From the NCBI GenBank assembly GCA_023428655.1, contig JAEYXC010000297.1, positions 1 to 35,225 of the forward strand: DNA of 35,225 nt, given 5' to 3'. Position numbers and translations under genes: made by a program. Every line of letters starts with the position of its first letter. Positions within the stretch are counted from its first letter, which is position 1. This DNA comes from Bacillota bacterium. Lineage in GTDB: Bacteria > Bacillota > Clostridia > Lachnospirales > Lachnospiraceae. Below are positions 26,515 through 34,825 of the stretch, one piece after another. The notes beneath the pieces were generated by a model that searched no databases, had not been told where the DNA came from, and was given only the letters and a program-made list of their open reading frames with translations.

Positions 26515-27975
26515 TTAAAGAATACACTCCATATCAGAAGCCTTGTCATAATATGAGATACGATAGGTAAGTACCTTAAAGTCAGCCCATAACGTTGTAC
26601 GATACTCCTCCTTCTCCCAGGTGATGGTTAGGGTGCCATCATTCCTATTTTCTCCTACAAAAATATCACCGTTAAAGGCTTCATAGGTGTTACGAAAATA
26701 CATTAACTCATAGAGTCGTTGGCATACCGGTTTATTTACAGCAGCTTCAATCTCTTCTCTGGAGTAATTATGACGGTTAATGGTTCTTGGATCCGGATTT
26801 GTCTTTAAGCCATCAATATCGTTCTCCCCTGCAAGAAGACCAACATAATATACCTGAGGGATGCCGGGAGTGAAGAATTGAACTGCTCTTGCAATCAGAT
26901 AAGCATCGTCATTACATCGGAGTGCGGAGTAGTAGGTAGAGCCCAGCTGATAGCTTTGGAATTTTTCTCCCTTTTTTTTGATCATGCTCGGAAGCTTAAT
27001 ATACTGCTTTGCTTCCTTTGTGATGTCATCCACATCTTCTCTGACTAAATTGATTTCGTCCTCGCTCAGCAGGCCCACTACATCCACAACACCAATTCCG
27101 TCATGAGTATCCAGGGTGGTAAACTGTTTTCTGGGACAGATGTTAAGCCAGTGGATTAATCGATCCGTTCTGCCACTTTTTAGACCGTGCAGCAAAAGCA
27201 TCGGAAGGGCAAAATCATATACCCAGTAGCCCTTTTCTGCCATTTTAAGCTGGATGGTATAATTTTCGTGTATCTCAGGAAGCATCTCGGTACCTGTTTG
27301 CTTCAAGGGCTTCATGCCGATATCCAGTACTTCCCATATCTCCGGTTCAACGAAAAAGCAGCTTGTTCCGGGACGTTTGGATGCATAGGCGAAGGCATCA
27401 AATCGAATCAGCGGTACATGCTGACTGATAATTCTTAGGTTCCGTTCGTAATAATCCTGAGTAGCCTTTGCGTAGGGGTTAATATCAATCTGCTCCTGGA
27501 AGAAGGTATTCCATAGGTGAACGATCTTACCGTCGTCCCTTACAAACTCGATATAGGGATGGTTGGCCTTTCTGCGATACAGGGCAGCAGTCTGCTCCTC
27601 GGTGGGATTACCGCCCGGCCAGAATTCTTCCCAGTGGATAAACATGTCTCGATAGGGAGAGGCATCCCCGTTTTTCATATAATCTTTAAATTCCTCGGAA
27701 CGAATGGAGATATGGTTTAGCATGAAATCCGCCATTAAATAATACTTGTCACCCAGCTTGTCAATGTCAGCCCAGGTTCCGAATGCAGGATCAACAATAT
27801 CATAATTGATAACAGCAAAGCCACGATCACCGGAGGACGGGAAGAAGGGAAGTATATGAAGCCCGCCAATACTACCGTCAAAATACTGTGCCAAAATATC
27901 ATTTAGTTCTTTCAAATCCTTACCCATACTGTCCGCATAGGTTATTAACATGATTTTATTGTCTATTTTTTTCAT
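26515..27975 (-). CDS. gtfA: GH13_18 sucrose phosphorylase-family enzyme (exact specificity uncertain)
   Basis: IMLITYADS, GLHILPFFPSSGDRGF, DFMLNH; nucleophile IRFDAFAY; acid/base PEIH; VYDFALP; TLDTHDGIG; PGIPQVYYVGLLAG; RTINR. Confidence 0.88.
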   Translation of the reverse strand: MKKIDNKIMLITYADSMGKDLKELNDILAQYFDGSIGGLHILPFFPSSGDRGFAVINYDIVDPAFGTWADIDKLGDKYYLMADFMLNHISIRSEEFKDYMKNGDASPYRDMFIHWEEFWPGGNPTEEQTAALYRRKANHPYIEFVRDDGKIVHLWNTFFQEQIDINPYAKATQDYYERNLRIISQHVPLIRFDAFAYASKRPGTSCFFVEPEIWEVLDIGMKPLKQTGTEMLPEIHENYTIQLKMAEKGYWVYDFALPMLLLHGLKSGRTDRLIHWLNICPRKQFTTLDTHDGIGVVDVVGLLSEDEINLVREDVDDITKEAKQYIKLPSMIKKKGEKFQSYQLGSTYYSALRCNDDAYLIARAVQFFTPGIPQVYYVGLLAGENDIDGLKTNPDPRTINRHNYSREEIEAAVNKPVCQRLYELMYFRNTYEAFNGDIFVGENRNDGTLTITWEKEEYRTTLWADFKVLTYRISYYDKASDMECIL

Positions 27976-27989
27976 AATTATCTCCTTCT

Positions 27990-28871
27990 TTAGCCTTTAA
28001 CCGAGCCCACTGTAATTCCTTTGGTGAAGGACTTCTGGAAAAAGGGGTATGCAAACAAGATCGGTAAGAGTGCAATCACAGCCAATGCCATACGGATACT
28101 TACACTTGGAAGCTCTGTAATCTTGATACTCGGGTTGGAGTGAGTCTGCAAAAATGCAATATTACTGAGAATGGAATTTAAGTAGTTCTGTATACCGTAA
28201 AGCTCGCGTCTTGTCTGAATGAAATATACCCCGTTTGTCCAGTTATTCCAGTAACTGATGGCTGACATCAGTGCGATTGTACCAACGATGGGTTTTGACA
28301 TCGGGACAACAATTCGGATCAGTGTATTTAACTCACTGGAACCGTCAATCATGGCTGCCTCGATAACCTCATTCGGTACATTTGAATTGATATAGGTACG
28401 AACCATGATTACAAAGAAAGCATTCATTAATAGGTAAGGAACAATTAGAGCCCAAACCTTATCTGTAATATTGAAGATTCTGGAGTAAACTAAATAGGTT
28501 GGTACAAAGCCACCATTAAATAGCATAGTAAAAAAGACGATGAAGGAAAGAACTCGTCTTCCTGGAAGATCCTTGCGTGATAATGGATAAGCAAATAACA
28601 TCGTCATGACTACACTGATGGTTGTACCCACACCGGTAACAAAGAAACTCATACCATAGGCTCTGATGATATTATCCTTGACATTCCATATATATTCGTA
28701 TGCCGACAATGAAAAATCAGCAGGAATAAAGGAATAGCCGTTTTGTGCCAATGATACCTCCGAGGTGAAGGAGCTGGCTATTAATAAGAAGAATGGAAGA
28801 ATACATGCTAATACGAATAAAAGCATGATAAATCCCATTACAAAGCGGAAAATTTTATTGTTATAATTCAT
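27990..28871 (-). CDS. Carbohydrate ABC transporter permease (LplC/YtcP-like)
   Basis: AYPLSR, FFTMLFNGGFVPTY, IEAAMIDGS, YWNNW, YPFFQKSFTKGITVGSVKG. Confidence 0.92.
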   Translation of the reverse strand: MNYNNKIFRFVMGFIMLLFVLACILPFFLLIASSFTSEVSLAQNGYSFIPADFSLSAYEYIWNVKDNIIRAYGMSFFVTGVGTTISVVMTMLFAYPLSRKDLPGRRVLSFIVFFTMLFNGGFVPTYLVYSRIFNITDKVWALIVPYLLMNAFFVIMVRTYINSNVPNEVIEAAMIDGSSELNTLIRIVVPMSKPIVGTIALMSAISYWNNWTNGVYFIQTRRELYGIQNYLNSILSNIAFLQTHSNPSIKITELPSVSIRMALAVIALLPILFAYPFFQKSFTKGITVGSVKG

Positions 28872-28889
28872 GAATGTATCCTCCTTCGA

Positions 28890-29831
28890 TTAGAATAAGC
28901 TACTTTCTTTGTCAATTTTTGAGACTACGGTATTTGCTGTAAATACACAGAGGAAGCCAAGTACGGACTGTAGGAAGCCACCGGCGGTGGAACGTCCGAT
29001 ATCGTTAAGCTCTAGCAATCCTCGGTAAACGTAAGTATCAATGGTCTGAGTCGTTGAGTAAAGCAAACCGCTGTTCATGGGAACCTGGTAGAATAAACCG
29101 AAGTCGGAATAGCAAATTCGTCCGATGGAAAGGAGAACCAAGGTAATAATGGTTGGTTTCAGTGCGGGTAAGGTTATGTAACGGATCTGAGCCCATATCC
29201 CTGCGCCGTCAACTGTAGCTGCTTCATAATAGGATTTATCGACACCGATCAGGGTGGAATAATATAGGATCGAGCTGTACCCAAAGGTCATCCACAGATA
29301 TACTATAGTAAGAATGACAGGCCAGTACTGGGCTTTATTATACCAACTGATTGGTTCCATTCCAAAGAGTGGAAGAATAGTCATGTTCATGAAACCGTTG
29401 CTTCCACTTAAAAACGCAAATACAATGTAGCTGATAATAACGGTGGACAGCAGGTAAGGAATAAGGATGATTACCTGACTAAGCTTCTTGAAGAATTTGT
29501 TGATGATAGAATCTAATCCAATCGCCACAAATACACCTAACATATTGCCTAATAAGATGAAGGCTAAGTTGTATAGAATGGTGTTTCTAAAAAAGAGGAA
29601 GGCATCATTGGTGCTAAAAAGGAATTTAAAGTTCTGGAGGCCACTCCAAGGACTATGTAACAGACCGATCGCATAATTTACTTTCTTAAAGGCTAGCGCA
29701 AGTCCTGCCATTGGCATATAATTATTTACGATTAAGTAGATAAGTCCGGGTAACATCATAAGGTACAGCGGAATATATCTCTTCATCTTCTGGAAAGATA
29801 ACTTCTTCATTTTAACTTTTGTTTCTTTCAT
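28890..29831 (-). CDS. Carbohydrate ABC transporter permease (LplB-like)
   Basis: LYLMMLPG, SPWSGLQNFKFLF, YEAATVDGA, TIDTYVYR, QSVLGF. Start moved to ATG 29831 after AAGGGGG. Confidence 0.92.
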   Translation of the reverse strand: MKETKVKMKKLSFQKMKRYIPLYLMMLPGLIYLIVNNYMPMAGLALAFKKVNYAIGLLHSPWSGLQNFKFLFSTNDAFLFFRNTILYNLAFILLGNMLGVFVAIGLDSIINKFFKKLSQVIILIPYLLSTVIISYIVFAFLSGSNGFMNMTILPLFGMEPISWYNKAQYWPVILTIVYLWMTFGYSSILYYSTLIGVDKSYYEAATVDGAGIWAQIRYITLPALKPTIITLVLLSIGRICYSDFGLFYQVPMNSGLLYSTTQTIDTYVYRGLLELNDIGRSTAGGFLQSVLGFLCVFTANTVVSKIDKESSLF

Positions 29832-30074
29832 AAGAACCCCCTTGAATTTTCCTTTGAGATATTTTGTCCTATTAAACGTATCATAAATATGCACAAAAAA
29901 GCTATCGTAATTCTGTCGCAAATTATTTAAATTTTGATTTTGATTATTTTAAACCGATAGAGAACTCATGAGGAATTGATGAAAAATTGAAATATATTAC
30001 TCAAAATGTTTGAAAAATGATGATTTATGACAAAAAATCGATAGAAGGGGTATCGATGCATCTGATATTATCTT

Positions 30075-30120
30075 ATTGTCAGACAAGACGATTGTCAGAA
30101 TGATCATTGTAACAATGATC
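30075..30120 (+). promoter_or_regulatory. Palindromic/repeated sites upstream of the second SBP gene
   Basis: Palindrome TTGTCAGACAA (30076-30086); ATTGTCAGA repeated at 30075 and 30091; 19-bp palindrome GATCATTGT-A-ACAATGATC (30102-30120). Confidence 0.45.
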
Positions 30121-30141
30121 GAAATAAAAGGAGGAAGGGAT

Positions 30142-31713
30142 ATGAAAAAGAAACTAATCGCTAGTTTACTTACAGTTATTATGATAGCGACACTTTTTTC
30201 AGGCTGTGGGTCAAGTACAAAAACAGAAACCGGAAAAGAAGCTGGGAAAACAGCAGAAACCGGTAAGCAAACGGAAGCAGAAAACACCGATGATAAGGGA
30301 GAAGAGAGCGAAAGCTATCCTGTTATTAAGATGGCTTATGCCGTTGTTTTCCCCTCACCGGATGAAAAAGCAATCGAAGATGAACTGAATAAGATCTTTC
30401 GAGAAAAGGCGAAAGCAGAGATTGATCTGGTTGGTATTGAGTTTGGTAACTGGACCACACAGCTCAACCTAATGTTGACCGGTGGCGGATCCGATTCCCT
30501 TGACTTATTCAATTCATTCTGGTACACATCAGTAAGTAACCTCGTATCCAATGGACAGGTAATGGAGCTGGATGCTCTTCTGGAATCCGATGGTGGTGAT
30601 ATCAAGGGTCTATTTAAGGACGGTCTGGAGGAGTTCCTGAATTGTGGTGTTGTAAATGGCGTGCAGTATGGTATTCCCTGTATGTACTCCTATAGCACTG
30701 AGAATATTTACTACGCAAAGAAAGAAGATGCTCAGAAAGCCAATATTGATTGGAGTCAGGTAAACAGCATTGATACAATGTCTGAAGCAATCCTTAAGAT
30801 TAAAGCGGCAAATCCGGACAGCTACTATATTCCGGGAGCAACTGAGCCCTACTGGATTCCTAAGAGCATTGACTATTTAGGAGATACGAATTATCTCGGA
30901 GTATTAACGAATCCAACACAAAGCACAACGGTTGAGAACTATTATGAGTCTGAATATTTTCTTAACTTCCTAGGACATGTTAAAAAGTGGAAGGAAGCAG
31001 GCGTGTTCAGTCCCGATCCCCTCAGTAACAGTAATCCAACTCTTATGAACTTACTCATGGGAGTAGCAAATGGAACACCAGGCTATGCGTGGGATGCAGC
31101 AGTCAGCATGGAGGCAACCATTGCTCAGAATGGCATTGACTTAGAAGGAACCAATGTTACAGAAGCTCTTTCCACAACCAGTGATGCAACAACCTATATG
31201 TGGCATATCAGCTCCTTCAGCAAGAATCCGGATGCTGCAATGAGAATCCTTAATGTCTTATACACCGACCCGGTAGCTGCTCAGCTGATCGCAAATGGTA
31301 TTGAAGGACTTACCTACGAGCTGAACGAGAACGGACAGATGGTATATCCGGAGGGTGCAAACGGAATGGCTGATCTTGGATGGGCAGCAGCTTCTATGGC
31401 ATATTGGCCCAATGTTATGCTTTGCAAGACCTGGTACTATGAGCCCACAGATATTTATGAGCAGATGTTAGCGAAGAACAAGACAAGTCAAAAATCGTTG
31501 GCATTAGGATTTGCCTTTGATTCTACCAAGGTTGCAGATCAAATGGCAGCATGTGCTAACGTGATAGCGCAGTATTACACACCAATTATGTATGGTGAAG
31601 TAGATATCGACTCTACCCTCGTTGATTTCCAGGCAGCGCTCAAAAAAGCCGGAATTGATGATATTATTGCAGAAAAGCAAGTACAGCTGGATACCTGGCT
31701 TCAAAACAAATAA
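30142..31713 (+). CDS. ABC transporter solute-binding lipoprotein (LplA-like, DUF3502-type C-terminus)
   Basis: Lipobox LFSGC; SKNPDAAMRILNVLY, GIEG, LGFAFD, LKKAGIDDIIAEKQVQLD. RBS GGAGG before ATG 30142. Confidence 0.92.
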   Translation: MKKKLIASLLTVIMIATLFSGCGSSTKTETGKEAGKTAETGKQTEAENTDDKGEESESYPVIKMAYAVVFPSPDEKAIEDELNKIFREKAKAEIDLVGIEFGNWTTQLNLMLTGGGSDSLDLFNSFWYTSVSNLVSNGQVMELDALLESDGGDIKGLFKDGLEEFLNCGVVNGVQYGIPCMYSYSTENIYYAKKEDAQKANIDWSQVNSIDTMSEAILKIKAANPDSYYIPGATEPYWIPKSIDYLGDTNYLGVLTNPTQSTTVENYYESEYFLNFLGHVKKWKEAGVFSPDPLSNSNPTLMNLLMGVANGTPGYAWDAAVSMEATIAQNGIDLEGTNVTEALSTTSDATTYMWHISSFSKNPDAAMRILNVLYTDPVAAQLIANGIEGLTYELNENGQMVYPEGANGMADLGWAAASMAYWPNVMLCKTWYYEPTDIYEQMLAKNKTSQKSLALGFAFDSTKVADQMAACANVIAQYYTPIMYGEVDIDSTLVDFQAALKKAGIDDIIAEKQVQLDTWLQNK

Positions 31714-31735
31714 TCATATAATATGACAGAGCATT

Positions 31736-31760
31736 GGGGGAGGGCGTAGCCCTCCCCCTT
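31736..31760 (+). terminator. GC-rich hairpin after the SBP gene (stabiliser or leaky terminator)
   Basis: GGGGGAGGGC-GTA-GCCCTCCCCC followed by only TT. Confidence 0.6.
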
Positions 31761-31960
31761 ACATAAATAATAGATTAGGTGTATCAAAATTAGAGGGCTA
31801 TAATGCTCGGGTGGTATCAAAAGACGGGGATTACCAAAACCATAATCTTGTTCATACGCAGCAGGCATTATTTCAGTGAGCCTCATGATGGATAAAGCTT
31901 AGCCATATTATCAAAGGGGCTAATGATACTCTATATCTATAGAAGATAAGGAATGAGACA

Positions 31961-33121
31961 ATGAATGAGAAATTATGGAATAAGCATTATATACTAGTAC
32001 TGATTGTAAATACCCTAAATGCCTTTTCTTTCTTTATGGTAGCTACCATTCTCTCGAAATACCTTGTGAATATTGGAACAACAGTGACAATGGCCGGCTT
32101 TATTGTGGGATTATTTTCTTTGACTTCCCTATGCTGCAGACCCTTCAGTGGTATTATGGCGGATCGATTAAGTAATGTTACTCTATTAAAATGGAGCAAT
32201 ATTCTAATGGGAGTGGGATTACTTGGATTTACAATAACCACCCAAGTATCTCTGTTAATTCTATTTCGTATTATTAATGGGATAGGCTTTGCTTTGTCCG
32301 GAACCTGTCAGATTTCACTTGCCTCCCGCTTCATCCCAAAGGATAAGATGGGGGAGGGAATTGGCTATTTGGGCTTGGGAATGGTCCTTGGCTCTGCCGT
32401 TGCTCCAGGTTTTGGTCTAGCGATTGCAGAGGGCTTTGGAATGAAAATCACCTTCCTCCTGGCCGCAGTTCTTACGGTTATCGCCTATGCAATACTTTGC
32501 TTCCAGAAGGAAGAGAAGAAACAGGTGTTGGAAAAGAGGAGGGTAATGCTATCCGACCTCATTGCATTGAAGGCACTTCCCTTTACCTTCGTTGCAGGCT
32601 CCTATTCCTTTGTAAATGGAATCATCGCCTCCTACCTGGTGCTTTATGCTGATGAGATCGGAGTAAAAGGAATCAGTATTTATTTTACCGTATGTGCCAT
32701 CGTATTGTTTATAATCAGACCCTTTTCAGGAAAGCTTATGGACAAAAAAGGGATTCGAGTGACTGTATTGCCGGGTCTCTTACTCACCGCTTGTGCAATG
32801 TTTATGCTCGGACACAGCAGAACCTTAATTCTTATTCTTATTACCGGAGTGATTCGATCCTTGGGGCAGGGAGCAGCTCAGCCATCCCTTCAGGCCGGAT
32901 GCATCAGCGCCGTAGGAAAAGAAAAAAGCGGGGTTGCTACCAGTACATACTACCTTGGAGGAGATGTATGCCAGGGGATCGGGCCGATGCTTGGTGGTGT
33001 GATCGTCGGAAATTATTCCGGAATTTCGGGATACACCACCTTATTTCATCTCTGTGGAGGAATGCTGTTATGCGCATTTGTATTTTTCTTTCTGATTACT
33101 AGAAAAAAGCAGGTGGCATGA
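31961..33121 (+). CDS. MFS transporter
   Basis: About 12 TM segments; RPFSGIMADR and RPFSGKLMDKKG motif-A repeats; IPKDKMGEGIG. Confidence 0.92.
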   Translation: MNEKLWNKHYILVLIVNTLNAFSFFMVATILSKYLVNIGTTVTMAGFIVGLFSLTSLCCRPFSGIMADRLSNVTLLKWSNILMGVGLLGFTITTQVSLLILFRIINGIGFALSGTCQISLASRFIPKDKMGEGIGYLGLGMVLGSAVAPGFGLAIAEGFGMKITFLLAAVLTVIAYAILCFQKEEKKQVLEKRRVMLSDLIALKALPFTFVAGSYSFVNGIIASYLVLYADEIGVKGISIYFTVCAIVLFIIRPFSGKLMDKKGIRVTVLPGLLLTACAMFMLGHSRTLILILITGVIRSLGQGAAQPSLQAGCISAVGKEKSGVATSTYYLGGDVCQGIGPMLGGVIVGNYSGISGYTTLFHLCGGMLLCAFVFFFLITRKKQVA

Positions 33122-33250
33122 GGAGCTAATATTGTTTGGACAGGAATGGATACAAGATATATGGTACAAAGAATATATTCTATGAGGCAACAGGGTTTTG
33201 GCACACTAGTAAAAAATAAAAAGAGAAGAATAAACAAAAGAGGTAGAAGG

Positions 33251-34720
33251 ATGGAACATAAAATAAAATTATTGGCCGGTATTCCCGATAATGATAATCG
33301 GGATTACCTTCCTGAGAAATTAAAGGAAAGTGAAATAGTGGTGAATGAGAACGGAAATAATTCACAGGTTTACCCCAAAAGGTTGAAGGAATGGAAAGCC
33401 TGTCTTATCGATGATAAGGAGGATACCTGGTATGAATATGTACCGGACAGCTATGATCCTTCCAAAAAGACGCCCTTAGTATTTGCGATGCATGGAGGAC
33501 TGATGACAGGCTGGGGGCAATGTGTCTATACCTCCTGGTCCCATGTAGCGGACAGGGAAGGCTTTATTGTGATATATCCCAATGCGCACCTACGCAGGTT
33601 CTGGCAGATAGAATGTGAGCGAAGATTATTTGATATTCTTTCAGAGCCCAATGAGGAAGGGATCTATATGCATGATTTCCCGGAGGAGCCCAGAGAAAAT
33701 AATGATGTTAGGATTATATTTAAACTCATGGAAATGATGAAGGAGAAATATAACATCGATGAAGAAAGAATATATATGCAGGGAATGTCGCTTGGAAATG
33801 CGATGACCTTATTGATGGCAAGGCATTTTGGAGATCATTTTGCTGCGATGGCCGGTTCGGCAGGTCCCAGCACCATTGGACATCTATTCGACGAAAATGA
33901 TAATCCCAAGAATAACGCGGGTCCTCTCACCGCTTGGCAGGCAAGAATGGAATTTGATCAATCTCCTCCCGGAAGCAGCGATACAGTGGAGGATGTTGTC
34001 GTAAAAAACAGAGAATATTGGCTTAGAATCAATGAATGCAACGAGCTACCGCAGATTAAGCTGGACGGAGAAAATAACTTTGCATTCTACCATGGCAACA
34101 AGGCGGATTATGTATTTCGAGATGTAAAGAATAGGGATCATGGACAGACCTTTGATGAAGCCGAATTGGTATGGGATTATCTATTCTCAGGCTCCAGAAG
34201 AAAGGCTGATGGAGCAATCGAGTATATGGAGCCTAAGCTTAAGCGAGAGGGAGATAAGGTATCCTTTGCCATAGCAGAGGATTGCGAATACGCGTGGGTG
34301 AATAATGAACGAATTAAAATGCCAGCGAAGTCCTTCCTATGGAAAAAGCTTAAGTATCATGGTTTACAAGGTGCAGCAAAGGTACGGGGAGAATATTGTA
34401 TGATTCCGGCCTCCTTTCTTGCTCAGGTAATGAAGGCCTCTTATGAGGAAGTGGATGGCTGGGCTCAGATGATATTGCAGGATGGCAGAACCATACAGAT
34501 CGCAAGAGGCTGTATCGGCTGTACCATCGATAATCGTGTTCGCTCCATGCTGTGTGAGCCGGTTGAGCACAACAATATGTTATATCTTTCGATTGAATGG
34601 TTCTGTAAGGATATTCTGAATTGGCATGTATCCACCTATCATGATGTCATGTATGCAACGGATCACTATTCTTTATTATCAAGTAATATGGCCAGACTCA
34701 TCAAGGATCTGTTAAAATAG
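33251..34720 (+). CDS. PHB-depolymerase/LpqC-like esterase + copper-amine-oxidase N-like domain (paralog 4)
   Basis: LVFAMHG, GMSLG, NRDHG, MIPASFLAQVM; N-terminal motif shared with paralogs 1-3. Start moved to ATG 33251. Confidence 0.82.
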   Translation: MEHKIKLLAGIPDNDNRDYLPEKLKESEIVVNENGNNSQVYPKRLKEWKACLIDDKEDTWYEYVPDSYDPSKKTPLVFAMHGGLMTGWGQCVYTSWSHVADREGFIVIYPNAHLRRFWQIECERRLFDILSEPNEEGIYMHDFPEEPRENNDVRIIFKLMEMMKEKYNIDEERIYMQGMSLGNAMTLLMARHFGDHFAAMAGSAGPSTIGHLFDENDNPKNNAGPLTAWQARMEFDQSPPGSSDTVEDVVVKNREYWLRINECNELPQIKLDGENNFAFYHGNKADYVFRDVKNRDHGQTFDEAELVWDYLFSGSRRKADGAIEYMEPKLKREGDKVSFAIAEDCEYAWVNNERIKMPAKSFLWKKLKYHGLQGAAKVRGEYCMIPASFLAQVMKASYEEVDGWAQMILQDGRTIQIARGCIGCTIDNRVRSMLCEPVEHNNMLYLSIEWFCKDILNWHVSTYHDVMYATDHYSLLSSNMARLIKDLLK

Positions 34721-34825
34721 TGGGAAAATATTTCACAGCTTTTGAATAAAGATATCAATCTTATTGTATCTGCACTAGCCTTGTATTAAAATAATTACCA
34801 AAATAAAGTAATAAGGAGGAGAGAT

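Noticed and set aside
3694..31713. Missing ATPase genes for both ABC transporters as a sign of decay
   Set aside because: Firmicute carbohydrate ABC systems commonly share an MsmX/MsmK-type ATPase encoded elsewhere.
19045..33250. Long gene overlaps and N-terminal extensions in the ORF track (19045, 20603, 25447, 29921, 30076, 33146; also 2279 and 15850)
   Set aside because: Downstream starts have proper RBSs and match paralog N-termini, so the overlaps are artefacts of longest-ORF calling.
245..34570. The many 60-136 aa ORFs overlapping larger genes (e.g. 8089-8478, 10007-10360, 25528-25929, 32692-33102)
   Set aside because: They are antisense or off-frame shadows of well-supported genes, with no motifs or convincing RBS.
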